A program made the position numbers and the translations under genes. A stretch of DNA of 64,000 nt from Eledone cirrhosa (Eukaryota), in the NCBI GenBank assembly GCA_964016885.1, contig OZ024741.1, positions 57,474,001 to 57,538,000 on the forward strand. Direction: 5' to 3'. This document shows, piece after piece, positions 45,638-59,398 of the stretch; the first letter of the stretch is position 1; every line of letters begins with the position of its first letter. Under the pieces are notes generated by a model. It did no database searches. It saw only the letters and a program-made list of their open reading frames with translations, and was not told the origin of the DNA.

Positions 45638-46226
45638 AAGTGTTTTAAACTCAAAAAGGCCATTACATCCTGGAGGAGAGGCATAGTGGGCCCAAAACGA
45701 GCTGGTGGTGGGGTTTCAACAGTTATAATGGCTTCTAATTTAGGTACAAAGCGGAAATTTGGGGGAGAGGAGAAAGTCGATTTAATCGACCCCAGTGCAT
45801 TACTGGTACTTTAATTTATCGACCTTGTAAAGATGAAAGGCAAAGCTAACCTCAGTGGGATTTGAACTCAGAATGTAAAGTTATAATGCTAATCTGTAAT
45901 ACAGCTGATAGGTTGTTAGTTTTGTTTTTTCACCAAAATGAAAATGCATATGGCAGTATATGTACATTAGTACAAAATGTAGGGGGACAAATTTTCCTTA
46001 ATTCCATTTTTACTTTTGGTAAATTACCCTATTTCTGTTTCCACTTTGGCTAAAATCTGTTTTTTCCATTTTAATGTATTTCATGGGTAAATTGCAATAA
46101 ATTATACTCTAAATATTATTAAAACAGGGACAAATTACCAAGTTTTAGGAAAATATTAGTTACAAAAATTGTTCTGCTGTGGGCCATAGGAAAGTAGTTT
46201 ATCGGTCACATGTTTGAGACCTCTGT
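45638..46226. mobile_element. Second copy of the hAT-like MITE with nested SINE
   Basis: ggccattacatcctggaggagaggcatagtgggcc ... catgtttgagacctctg. Confidence 0.65.
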
Positions 46227-46989
46227 GTTAGACATTAATGTTGACAAAACGTTGAAGTAAACAGTCACCATTAATAACAAGCATTATATTGATTGTATAT
46301 ACAGTATACAAGTCTCTCATTCAGTACATCTTTACCATTTTTAACATGAGACTACAGAAATAAGCTATAGCATGTGTAAGGAATACAGCAAAATCATATA
46401 GTTTCTCAATATTGAAGTGAAAATAAAATCAGCCGATCCGATGTATTGGATGTTTCGATCAAGCAATTGCAATTGAAGAAGTTAATAAAAAGAAAAGAAA
46501 AGCGAAACAAATGCAGTTAACTGCAAATATAAAACTACAGTATTTTCTGGCATCAAAGACGCTACTTTATTTCCTAAAATAAGTCTAAAAAATCTACCAT
46601 GTGTCCTGGAGGCCGAAGATTATTTATTATTATTTTTTTTTATTTTTGGTTGTGAAAATTAGGGTGTCCTCGAGGACGAAGCGTCTTCGGCGCTGGGAAA
46701 TACGGTAATTTACAGAAAAAATAAATCATAAAGGGTTTGATTTCTGGACCAAATGATGTGTCCTTGAGTAAGACACTTTATTTGACGTTGCTCCAGTTCA
46801 CTCATCTGTAGAAATGAGTGTCAAGTTGTATCGGCATTTGCTTTTCCTTCGTACAACAACAGTGGCATGGTGAGGGGTGACTGGTATGCATGGGTGATAG
46901 CTGGTCTTCCACAAAAACACTTTACTGGGTTTGGGCCTTGGAGGGAACTTCCATTTGTGACCGATGTATGTGTGTGTGTGTGGGTTTGA

Positions 46990-47315
46990 AGGCACATGGC
47001 TTAGTGGTTAGAGCATTGGGCTTCCAATCATGATGCGAGTTCAATGGCTGGACCGGGTGATGCATTGTGTCCTTCAGTTAGACACTTTATTTCATGTTGC
47101 TCCAGTTTACTCAGCAATAGAAATAAGTTGCGACATCACTGGTGCCAAGCAGTGTTGGCCATTGCCTTCCCCTTGGACAACATCAGTGGCATGGAGAAGG
47201 GAGACTAGTATGTATGGCTGACTACTGGTCTTCCACATGCCCAGACTTGTACCTCAGAGGTGTACTTACTAGGTGCAAAACCCATGGTCATTCTTGATTG
47301 AAGGAGTCTTTACCC
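46990..47315 (+). mobile_element. Second tRNA-derived SINE family (also near 33750-33860, 46730-46960, and 54480-54735 on the minus strand)
   Basis: ggcacatggcttagtggttagag (A-box), gagttcaat (B-box), tgtccttgag..agacacttta..tcatgttgctccagtt.actcagc body. Confidence 0.75.
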
Positions 47316-47514
47316 TATATATATATATGTATATATATACACACATATGTATACGAAAAGTAAATGGATAAAATACGCCAGACAAAATTCAATGAAGATA
47401 TATATTAATTTCACACTTAATATAGTAGGAAAAGGCTTAACGTTTTGGACGCTAGTCCTTCATCAGAAAATAGAATGAGAAATCAAAAATGAAATAGGAG
47501 GACAGTGAGTAGGG

Positions 47515-47574
<60 letters not shown>

Positions 47575-49019
47575 TTATATATACACTCCTTATATATAAT
47601 ACAACAAAGGAGTACAGCCATCTTGATGTAAAATATTTTAAAAGCTTGTACCATGTTATCCATCTCAATCTCATTACATTATTCAGTTTCTCATGACTTT
47701 AAAGACCGAGATGTTTAGTATTTTGTGTAAAAATGGGTTTACAAGATAGTGTTTCGTTTATTAATCTTGTTCCTTTATTAATTTATTTTATCAATTTCCT
47801 GTCTTTGGGACACAACGTTCAACTAACTCACTGATTCTCAAATATAAAATATAGCTGATATATCAAATACTATTTGTAAACAATTGTTATTAACATGTAT
47901 TTGCAATCTTGCCATTTAAAATGAATATTTAAGCTCAGAAAAAATTTCTGAACGTGTACTCATGTATAAATATAGTCCCATTGTTTGCTCTTGTATTTAG
48001 TCCGAAATTTCTTGTGTAATACAAGAACAAGATACGGTACATTAATTTGTGACTCATAATAAATGTAGGACACAATAAACAATAGCAATAATGCAATCAA
48101 ACTATATACAATTATTGTTGCATTGGAAAGCGAAATAGGTATTCTCTTTTAGGAAAGTAAAAAAAAAAAATGTTAAGCTTTTCACACATGACTGTGACAT
48201 AAACAGCTGTTACTCTTAACGTCACGATACTACATTAGCAAGACATTATTGAAAGCCGAGGTTAACTTTGCCTTTCATCCTTACGGGGTCGATAAAATAA
48301 AGTACCAGTAATGCACTGGGTAATTGCTGGCTTTGTGCCAAAAGTAGAAACAATTATTGAAAAGTACAAAACAGTACTTATAATTGCATCCCATTAAAAA
48401 TTAACGTCTTTATTCTATCGTTACAAATGTTCACAAGAATCTGTCTCCCTGCAAAGATACTATAAACTTTTGAATTAACAAACCTGTTTTTTTTTTAATA
48501 TTTACTACTGAATGTTAAAGCGATAATGTGTGTGCATGTGAGTGTGTTTGTGCGAGTGTATATTCGTGAAGGTGTATGGTTAGAGTGTACGGTTCGCTCG
48601 TTGTTGAAACCCACACGTGTGTGTGTGTGTATTCGACAATCTGTGTGATGTTCAGACACAAACACACCCATAAACAAACGAAAACGTCTGTTTGCATTCC
48701 GTTTCTCCATTGAGAAAGACGGCCTAATAAACAAATAAATACTACGTATTTACGAGCGAAAACATGCAACTCGTAGGTTGTGATGACAGGAAGCCATTTA
48801 TTTACAATTATGTTCCATATGTCTTGTGTAACCAGCTCGTTCTTCCAAGTAGTTATCGTTGTTTGAGCTGTAGCAGTAGTTTTAATAAATAAATAGAGCG
48901 ATAGTGATAGTCTTTATTTTAGTAGTCATATATCCATTAATCAATTATACTCTAATGACTACTGATTATATTTTATTCATTTATTCATTTATTTATTATT
49001 ATCAAATATTACTGGGTGC

Positions 49020-49175
49020 AGGTTTGGCTGTGTGACTTTCGCAACCATGTTATGGTTCTAAGTTCAGTTCCGCTGCACGACACCTTGGGCAAGCGTCTTC
49101 TGCCATAAGCTCGGGTTGATAAATGCCTTAATGAGTGGACTTTGGTAAATTGACACTACAGAAACTCGTCGCATT
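49020..49175 (+). mobile_element. Third SINE family (reverse copies near 1155-1290, 30655-30770, and 39045-39110 continuing at 44156)
   Basis: ggctgtgtg...caaccatgt...gttcagttccgctgcacgacaccttgggcaag head. Confidence 0.65.
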
Positions 49176-49451
49176 TATGTTTATGTTCAGTAAGTTAAAT
49201 GGTTAAAAAAATAGATCGATAAAATAACTACCAAACTTAAGAAAAACAAAAAATAACAATACTGAGGTTAGGGTTAGGATCAAGGCGGTGTCCTATTACA
49301 AGGAGCAGTCTGGAGACTGAATGAAATCAGTAAGGGAATATAAGAATACTCATACACAATTAATTGGTTTGGTTGATTTGTATAATTAGTAGGTCAGAGC
49401 TAAACAAGGTCAGTTAAGGTAATGACACACCCACCCCCCCACACACACACA

Positions 49452-49644
49452 CACGGTGTCCCAAAAATGTATACACACTTACTGTTTTATATACATTATT
49501 CAAATTATGAAAACATTTTTGGATGTTTACATACAATTGAATTAAGTCTGTAGATCATTCTATTTCTGGGAAAGACTGTGCATTCTAATAAATATTGACT
49601 GTACAGGTAATAAAAGTGTGTATACATTTTGGGGACACCCTGTA
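49452..49644. mobile_element. Tc1/mariner-type MITE
   Basis: About 28-bp TIR ggtgtcccaaaaatgtatacacact / agtgtgtatacattttggggacaccctgta. Confidence 0.8.
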
Positions 49645-49949
49645 TATACACATATTACATGTGTGTGTATGCAAAAGTCAAACAGAAATAAAGCAAACGA
49701 CACAGTACAATGAAGAAATATATTATTAGTTTTACGCTTGATATAGTAGGAAAAGAGTTTTAACGTTTCTGACGCTAATCCTTCATCGGAGAATAGAATG
49801 AGAAATTAATTAAGAAATAGAAAGAGTGTGGCGGAAACGAAAAATAAATAAAACAGGTCCATTCATGTTGACATCTCAAGGAAAACTGTTGATGCTCGCA
49901 TTTTATGTAAGGTAATCTGGTTTAAAAAGTGGTAATATATATATATATA

Positions 49950-50380
49950 AGAAGTTTAGAGAACTGACACCTTTGCTGATGACAAAGGGCTTCTCGCTCA
50001 GAATACAGAGCAGACTGTATGGTGCCTGCATGTGAAATGCAGTAAAATATGGGCCTTAACTGCAGAAGACCTGTGAAGGGTGGAAAGAAATGAAGCGAGT
50101 ATGCCCCCAATGGATGTGTAATGTTAGTGTGCATGAACTATGTAACATAAGTGAACTGAGAGGAAATCTTGGCATAAGAGAAGATTGCACTGGTATGGGC
50201 ATATGATGCATGTGGAGGACAGCAGCTGCATAAAGAAATGCAAAGCAATCTCAGTGGCTGCGATGCAAGGAAAAGGCAAACCCAGAAAGACATGGGATGA
50301 GGTAGTGAAGAAACTAAGCCTCACAACTGAAATGACAAAGGATCGAGAGGACTGGTGCTATGCTGTGATGAAGATCTGAT
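49950..50380 (+). mobile_element. RTE 3' remnant
   Basis: LHWYGHMMHVEDSSCIKKC...GKPRKTWDEVV. Confidence 0.75.
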
Positions 50381-51109
50381 CACAAGCACACAATATGACC
50401 TGACCCATCATCCCCACCACTCTTTAACTACTAACTACTCCCTCTAAAGACCTTAGATATCCTCACCATTGCACCCCAGTAGCTAGTCTCTCTACCCCTT
50501 GTTCACCCCTATTATCACCCCTTACTAACACCATTACCTATCACTCCACTATATTACCCCCTATCTATCGACATCTCCCACACCACATCCTCTCTCTCCA
50601 TACACTAATCAGCTACCCCACCCCTTACCACCCATAACTATTTCTCCATCTCGCTCAACCATACTGACCACATCTTTCACACCTCATCCCCATACACTAA
50701 TCAGCCACCCCCTACCCTTTACTAATTGCCCTGCCAAATCCCTACATACAGCTCTAACTGCATAAGTATCTTCCTCCTCTATTGCCCCTCTCTCCAGAGC
50801 TGAGAGGACTCTACAGTCGAGTCTATAACCAACAACCTCTTTAGTGATGGTGCCAGGAAAATGCACCCGGTGCACTCAGTAAGGGGGGTTGGCATCAGGA
50901 AGGGCTCACCGTTGTAAAAACCATGCCTAAAAGGGTTGAGAGGTCTCTTTAGTTGCATCAAGGACATGGCAGCCTCCTTAGTGCTGGTTATCTACACAAT
51001 ATAAGCACCAGCACTAGCTGTAAAGTGGTTGGTGTTAGGAGGACCTTACAGTTTGTGTCAAAATAACATTCTCCAATGGCTACTGTGAATCAGTCACCGT
51101 GTACAACAA

Positions 51110-53280
51110 AGCCAATTATAGGAGATTTCAATCTACCCTGTGTTGATTGGTTTACAAATAGTCTGAAACCAGGTACTTCCACCTCAACCACTGACAAAGC
51201 TGCAGTAGAGTCACTTTTTTACTTTATAGATGAGTTTTTCCTGTCCCAAATTGTTCTTGCACCAACAAGATACCAGAAAAACATTAGTGTTTAATGACCA
51301 CACTAACACTATACACAATATTACAGTGGAAAAAAAACCTTTCTCTCAGACCATGAGATTCCTCTTGCTGAAATCTAAACCTAACGACCTCTCTCCTGCC
51401 CACCCATTTGTAACATGGATCTTCATAATGCAAACTGGGACGTAATCACTAATAATATATCACATGTTGACTGGTCTTTCACACACACACACACCTCCAT
51501 CAACATCAAAACATCTTGGCAGATATTTGTAGACACTGTTACAAACATATGTGTAAAACATACCCACCGAGATCTGTGAACAAACCAAGTGCAATATCCT
51601 CCAATACAGAAAAACTACTATCAGAAAAAAAAACCAAAATAAAAAACAAAAAAAAACAAACAAACTAAAATACTGCCAGCAGTAACACACATATTTGACT
51701 TGAATTGAAAAAACATAATCTCCAAAAATGCATGAAAACCATCAAAAATAATCAAAGAACAGCTGAGGAGGAATGGGCCATTGAAAAAATAAAACTCAAT
51801 CCCAAAATGCTCTTTTCATTTGCAAAAAAACAGTCACTGTCTCCAGGGTTGGTTCTCTGATAGATGAAAATGGAACTCTCCAAGACAATGCGAAAAACCA
51901 TGGGTGAGATACTGCTCTGTTTTCAGCAATCCTGATATGGCTGATCTGGGCTGTATCAGTAATGTTAGGCCTCAATACGCTATATCTGACATAGTGTTTG
52001 GTGCCCCTGATGTCTTAGCAGCAATAAACAAAATTAAATACAATTCAGCAGCTAGACCTGATAGATTCCCTGCTAGTGTCTTGATGGTGTGTGAAAAACA
52101 ACTTGTATCTCCTCTAGCTAATCTGTGGAGGAACTCACTGAAAACTTTTTGTTTCTGTCTGTCGTCCTAGTTTATAAAAAGGGAAACAAGGCCCTAGCAG
52201 TGAATTACCATCCAATCTCACTCACCTCTCATATCATTAAGGTATTTGAGAGGGTGGTGAGATCATAAATAACTCACTTCCTTGAAAGCAACAATTTTCT
52301 GAACTCCAACCAACATGGATTCCGTAATGGCAAGGACTGCTTAACGCAGCTCCTGCATCACTTTGATGACATTTTAAAAACTTTGGTAGAGGGCTCCAAC
52401 ACTGATGTCATATATCTTGATTTCTGCAAGGCCTTTGACAGGGTTGATCATAATATCCTGTTGATAAAACTATCTAACATTGATGTCTCTGGAAAGTTAC
52501 TACAATGGATCAAGTGTTTCCTGACAAACAGAGCTCAACATGTAATCGAAGGAATATAATGAAGCTCAGCTAAAGTCAGTAGCATCAGTGTTGAGCCCAC
52601 TTCTCTTCATTATTTATAGCAATGACCAGTAATGCACTGGTAATTGCTGGCCTTGTGCCTAAAGTAGAAACAATTATTTATAGCAATGACATTATCGATG
52701 CCATCAAGCACAGCAACATAAGAATCTTCACAGATGATTCCATGCTCCAGAAGGTCATCAATTGAGTGAGAAATCAGACATGCCTTCAATTGGATCTACT
52801 TGCTGTTATCCAAAGGGGCAGAAAAAACAATATGCTACTGAATGGGGATGCACTGAAACTATCATACTCTCTTCCCTCAGGTGAAACCTTCATGGCATCC
52901 AACAACACCACCTTGGAGTAATTTTTTATAACAACCTAAGCTGGGCTGCTCATATAAACAACAAAGCTAACATGCCCTGCAGGATGTGTTCCTGGATTTT
53001 CAGAACTTTCCAGCCGAGAGATATACACACCATAATCCTTCTCTTTTCTACTTTTGCCTGGCCACACCTTGAATACTATTGCCCACTATGATCTCCTCAC
53101 ATGAAACAAAGTATTATAAAAAAATGAAGCACCCCAAAGGTCAATTATAAAAAAAGATAAACAGCATGACATGCCTTGACTAGTAAAACCTCAAACTCTA
53201 CTCTCTCCAATGCCACTGTGAGTGTTACATTATCAGCACGATGTGGTAAATATTCCATCAGCATTACCCAAAGTTTTCAT
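51110..53280 (+). mobile_element. Old, heavily decayed CR1/Jockey-group LINE ORF2
   Basis: IIGDFNLPCVDW, YHPISLTSHIIKVFERVV, NQHGFRNG, VIYLDFCKAFDRVDH, PHLEYYCPL, with many stops and indels. Confidence 0.88.
52627..52672 (+). mobile_element. 46-bp 3' SINE fragment with 18-bp TSD inside the old LINE
   Basis: attatttatagcaatgac at 52609-52626 and 52673-52690. Confidence 0.88.
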
Positions 53281-53467
53281 ACTGTATTGGAGTTGCATCA
53301 TGCTGCTGTACCATGTGGTTTTTTACACGGCATGATTATATGATATATATTCAGCTAGTCTCTTTGGGTACAGCAATTCAATACAACACCTTGTTCATAT
53401 ATGATCTAGCAGTGATCCAGTATGTATGATCATTTTTCTACTTGTTCCATATTGTTTAGAAGAACTC

Positions 53468-53570
53468 GCCTCCTGATGATAAAAAACTTCAGTTCGCCGA
53501 GCATTAGTTATTCCATTATCTTGAAATTCCAGATGCTGATTCTTTGAATTTTTGAAACCATGGTCGGAGC
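53468..53570 (+). ncRNA. Type I hammerhead ribozyme-like motif (Penelope-type, minimal palindromic stem III)
   Basis: gcctc-CTGATGA-t-[aaaaaacttca...tgaattttt]-GAAA-CCATGG-TC-ggagc: intact core, GUC cleavage triplet, imperfect stem I. Confidence 0.55.
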
Positions 53571-54357
53571 ATTATATAGGTTAGAATTGGCTTCCTGTAG
53601 CTAATTTGACTTGTATCCTCCTACCCCTATTTAAATTTAATATTTTTAATACTTCTCTGAGTGGGTTATTGATTTATTTATTTATTTTATTTATCTCATC
53701 CTGTCATTGAGATGATTACATATTAGAGACAATTGCTTTATAAGGCTGTACATATACATATGCATACATATATATGTATATAAATGAATGAAAGGTATAG
53801 AAATTGTTTTAGCGAGAAGCTAACAGTATTTCATATGTATATATATATGTATGCATATTTATATACATATGTGTAGCAGTGTGTATTTCTGTATATGAGA
53901 TAAACTGTTTACTTTGTAGAGTTATATATTAATAATTATATACATATATCTATTTGGCCATATGCTCTTATCTTGCCCATCGGCGTCTGGATTTTAACCA
54001 TCCACACACACACACACACCTACCCTCATACAGGAACAGACACATACACCACTTCCACAACCACCAATACACTAACCCATAACACTCATATATACATACC
54101 ACTCATGCGTCTGTACTCACTTTTAACAAACGTTCACACACTCGCTTCTTTTCAGACATATACTTACATCCACACACTCACATCTACACATGCACACACT
54201 CTTTACCTTCCGCCGTCTCCTCCTTGACTTCATTATTGCCCCCCCCCCCCCCCCACAGTTTATATTTTTATTTTTATCATTATGTTGTATTTTTTACTTT
54301 GTAACTTCCCTCCTTAGTCCCTCTCGGACTTCCTGTTCTCCACCTATCCGAACTTGC

Positions 54358-54386
54358 CTGATGAAGGACTTATGTCCGAAACATTG
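54358..54386 (+). ncRNA. Degenerate hammerhead-like motif
   Basis: CTGATGA-a-GGAC-ttat-GTCC-GAAA-catt. Stem II is perfect; stem III is broken and no stem I is visible. Confidence 0.4.
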
Positions 54387-54442
54387 AAACCTCTTTCACT
54401 TCCACCAAGCGTGAACCTAATATAACTGTGTACAATTATCTC

Positions 54443-54474
<32 letters not shown>

Positions 54475-55473
54475 ATACATAGTCTGAGGAAGGTTGTTTA
54501 AGGAAGACCAGCAGTCCATGTATGCCAGTATCTCCTCTCCGCACCATCGATGTTGTCCAAGCGGAAAAGCAATGGCTACTACAGCGACATCGCAACTCAT
54601 TTCTACAGCTGAGTAAACTGGAGCAACACGAAATAAAGTGTCTTGCTCAAGGACACAACACTGCCCGGTCCAAGAATCAAACTCACAGCTTCTTGATTGC
54701 AAGCTCCATGCTCTAACCTCTAATCCATACCCCTTCAATACATTACATATAAATATAATATATATAAATATAATATATATATATATAAATATATATATAT
54801 TATATATATATAAATCATATATATAAAATATACAGATATGTAAACTACTGCGGCGTCAAGCTATAACTGCTTGGGATTTTACATATTTCTATACCCATTT
54901 GCTTCTATATGCAAATATATATATAATATTTATTGTATACAAATGTACATTATATATATATATTTATACATCTGGTTTATCCAAACTATTGACCCCTCTG
55001 CCACACATGTCGAAGATTGTTTATCGTTATTTCGTGGGCCGAGATTCTGATTCTCGATTATTTACTTAAATAATATATATACAGAGAGAGAGAGAGAATT
55101 AAACTTAACAAACAAGTAGGTTATATTTATCATTTACTGTTGAACATGTCATACCTCATAAGCTATCGTTACGTATGCTTACATTACACACAATTTTATC
55201 GATCTCTATTTTGTCGAACCTCTAAGTTACGAGACATAAACACAGACACATACATGTGTTTGACAATTTTTGTGAGATACGGAGATTCATACACACACAA
55301 CGAAAAATGTTGAATTCGTTGCTTACTTTCCCTCTACCACCTATGAAAGATCGACCATTTATTTGTTGTTGAGTATAATTTACAAAAGAAGCAAATCAAT
55401 AGAAGTTGATCAGATAAAAAGGAAAGAAGAGAAAAAACGAGAGAAAACATCTACACCCCCAATTAGTACTCAC

Positions 55474-55621
55474 TACGACAGGGAATATTGGTGCCTCCAG
55501 TCTTTGTGGCAATATTTTTCGTAAGATTTTTGATATAACAATGTAAACAATATAGCAATCGATAACCCCCTCAGTTGAAGATCACTCACAACTTCCGGTA
55601 ATTTCGCGTAATCTACACCTT
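55474..55621 (-). other. Candidate non-coding 5' UTR exon of GBF1
   Basis: Pyrimidine tract plus cttaat...tttacag acceptor, GTA|gtgagt donor, unique non-repeat sequence, no ATG on the minus strand. Confidence 0.4.
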
Positions 55622-55744
55622 CTGTAAAGTATACATTAAGAAAATTATGAAGAAAGAAACAAACCAGCTAGGATGGAAGGAGGCACTATATTGTAGGGTT
55701 GCATAAACAAACAAGACGTAAGTCTAACACCATAACCACTAAGC

Positions 55745-56000
55745 CTTATTCTTCATTTCCTATCCTCATTGTTGAGGTTCGGGAACTATGAACAAATGCA
55801 CGAATGACCATGAACTCTACCTAAGTTCTTCTCGTCCATTCCCTGATGCCTTCATTCCATCGTCTCCTTGGTCTTCCTCTCGATCTTAGGCCATCATCGT
55901 GTCCCTACAGGATGTGAGTTCGGAGACTCTGGGCCTAGATGACATGGCCAAACTATTGTAGCTTTCGCCTCTCTCTCTACTCATCTCCTCCAGGATAGAC
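55745..56000 (-). mobile_element. RTE/BovB-like 3' remnant
   Basis: Reverse translation RRKLQ*FGHV...RSRGRPRRRW. Confidence 0.6.
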
Positions 56001-56609
56001 TCGTTAGTTTTTGTGGTATCTTAAACGACACCAGTTTGTTAACATCGGTGATTTTCAGTGTCCGGGTTTTGCAGTCATACTGTATCACCCACCGCCTTCA
56101 ATGGCGTTATTGATTTTTATTTCAAACGAGCAAGCAACTCGGACACTTATTTATTTCAGAGTTTCATTACAGTAATCATTGACGTCAACCAGATGATACA
56201 TCTCTTGATTTTTTCTGAAGATAACAGGCGCAGGCAGGTTTATGTGGATAAGAGTTGTTTTTTTGCAACCACGTGGCTCTGGGTTCAGTCCTGCTGTGTG
56301 GTGGCACATTGGGTGAGTGTTTTGATTGTGAAATTTGGTAGACAGAGGCTCCTCACACACTCACATATATACGCGCGCACATTCCAGCTAGTAAGTAGGG
56401 CAATAGCTCGTTACAATGCAAATTATTATATAATATGTATTTTAACATAAGTGCTGTTGGTCCTCTTACCACTTTTACTATTATAGTTTTTATTTATTTA
56501 TAATTCAAAGCAATCCTTTTCTTTGTCCCAGAGCCTATTTGTGTTTTTATAGAACAAATAATAACAAACAAATATATTAGACGGAATTTGTAGACGTGGG
56601 GTTCTATGT

Positions 56610-56875
56610 ATCCTTACAGGGTCGATAAAATAAAGTACCAGTAATACACTGGCCTTGTGCCAAAAGTAGAAACAATTATTTTTAGGTGGATTGGCAGTAT
56701 CGGTAGAGGGTCGGACGTCATGCTTTGACGCATAGAATTACGGCCCTTTCCATTCTGAGTTCAAATCCCGCCGAGGTCAACTTTGCCTTTCATCCTTACG
56801 GGGTCGATAAAATAAAGTACCAGTAATGTACTGGATAATTGCTGGCCTTGTGCCAAAAGTAGAAACAATTATTTT
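56610..56875 (+). mobile_element. Two tandem copies of the young SINE (full copy inserted in the tail of a truncated copy)
   Basis: Two gtcgataaaataaagtaccag...gtagaaacaattatt units. Confidence 0.88.
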
Positions 56876-57742
56876 TTAAAACTGGTTTCACAAGGTACTG
56901 CCTTAAACCCACTTTGTTACCATATTCCTAATGAAAGACAGTTTATAACTTGCAAATAATTTGAAGATGATTAAGAATTTAAAGGATTTAGTAACTTTCT
57001 CGTTATTAAACTGGTGTTTGGAACGTAACTTAAAGATTCTTACATTATAATTTAATACCAACATATTTTTTTAAAGGATTTAGTCAATTATATCGACCCC
57101 AGTTCATATCTGGTACTTAATGCATTGATCTCCTTTTGACAAACCTCTAAGTTATGGGACATAAACACATGCATTACCTTTTTTTTAATGCGATAATTAC
57201 ATAAAACACATACACAAATATTAATAATATAATACATGTGCCTCGTTATTATTAAAGGATTGCTACCGAGAGCTCCATGATATATTCTTCTAACAGCAAA
57301 AGAAATATACGAGATTAAACGCTTGTTGGGAAGTGTATAATGCGTGGTAGGTGGACAGGAACGTAGTGTGTTCTGATTCGACTTAACTAGTGGGTTCTTA
57401 TGTGAGTGGGTGGGTAACCCTGAATATTTTTGTTTTATATCATATATTGTGTTATTGTATTTTATGATAATTTAATACATATTTCATCAACCCTGGAGAA
57501 ATACTAGATTCTTAGGAAGAACAAACACATGGATTTAATTAAGGTCGACCTTAGTCTATCAAGTTTGTTTATATAGATATAGCTACATTTAATAGCGATT
57601 AGATTAGATTAAATAACATATTATATTATTATTATTATTTCAGTAATTAGTAATTGTAAAGATGTTTAGCTTCTGTTAAGTCCGTCAGTAGAAGACGTCC
57701 TTCCGTTTGGTAGCAATCAAAATGAAAGCCACCGATAACACA

Positions 57743-57745
<3 letters not shown>

Positions 57746-57806
<61 letters not shown>
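57746..57806. repeat. (AT)n microsatellite
   Basis: Directly visible; others at 32090, 47528 and 59656. Confidence 0.95.
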
Positions 57807-57809
<3 letters not shown>

Positions 57810-58000
57810 TTTAGTACAGCATTAACGAAGCTTTAGTTCGCGGCCAAGCTAACGAATGCAAATTCGGTCTGTAGCATTAGCACTCGGATGGGGAAAAGTA
57901 CCCCAGAGTAATAACAATACGTTTGGACAGCTTAGCAATTCAAATATAGCAATCGGCAGTCCAGCCGCATCATTAGAGCAACGAAAATACAGGACTCAGG

Positions 58001-58031
<31 letters not shown>

Positions 58032-59398
58032 TATTAGTTAAAGGTTGTGTATATTATATATGTATGATTATATTCCATACATATGGATAGATACTGTGTG
58101 AGTGAATACATATATAACACATACACACAAAGAAACATACATACGTATAATGACGCGAGTGTTTTAAATATCAGTGGACGATGTTCAAACGTTAACTAAA
58201 TGAGTACTCAATACGTGTTAGAAGAGTGTAAGATTTGTTTTCTGAAGAAAAGGGTAACAGGGACTTCGTAGTTTCATCTACCTGGCTATACATTTTATTT
58301 CATTTAGAAGTGCTACAGGATTAGCACAGTTTCATTATGTGAAGAAATCACCAAGAAAACTTCAGAATGAGACAGTATTAGACCTGTAAAAGTGACTTCT
58401 AAATGAAATAAAATTGAGTACCCTCTCTACTTCATGTATGGAATATTTCATTTTAATTGTGGTCACTTCCCGCTAATTGGCGGAACACCATTCTACACAC
58501 ATACACATGACATATGGGTTAATAACTCGTTGTTAGAGATGTGCGTGTAGACATTAAGTGAAAATTTAGGTCGAAATAAAAAAAACCTTAGATGCCAACA
58601 AAATAATCGACAATGCATACAATACGACCGATTATTTCCCCGCCCTCTTTCCGGGAAATAATTGTGAAGGTGGGATAGGTAGATAGATAGTTATGTACAA
58701 AAAGAGAGAGAAAGAGTTAAGGAGATGGAATTCGAAGCTAAGATTTTAACACTGATATATGAAAATTTTATAAGATATATCAATCACAAATTCTTATCTT
58801 AGTTACCACAAGGACAACAGCATCACCAGTATTACATTACAATGCAACACGAAAAAGTAGTCATCGATTGAAAGGGGTGTAATCATTATTATTATTCGCC
58901 GAAGTTAATTTTGCCTTTCATCCTTACGAGGTCGATAAAATAAAGTACCAGTAACGCATTGAGGCCGATTTAATCGACATGCCCCTCCCTTCAAATTGCT
59001 GGCCTTGTGCCAAAAGTAGAAGATTATTGTTATTATTATTCCACAATAAAAACAATTATAACTGGTTGATAAAGAAATCATTATTATTAATGGATTGGCA
59101 GAATCGTTAGAGTATCGGACAAAATGCTTTGCGGTATTTAGTTACAGTCCTCTACATTCTGAGTTACATCTTGCTGAGGTTAACTTGTCTTTTCATCCTC
59201 TCGGTGTCAATAAAATTAAGTGCCAGTCAAGTTATAGGAGTTGACTTAACCGACCACCATCCCAACCATCAAAAATGCTGGACTTGTGCCTAAATTAGAA
59301 ACAATTATTGTGTTGTACATAATAAATTTCACAAAGCACGAAGGTGTTGGTGAGATTACGTAAATATTCATGCTTTTATCAAAATTAGTGATAATAAT

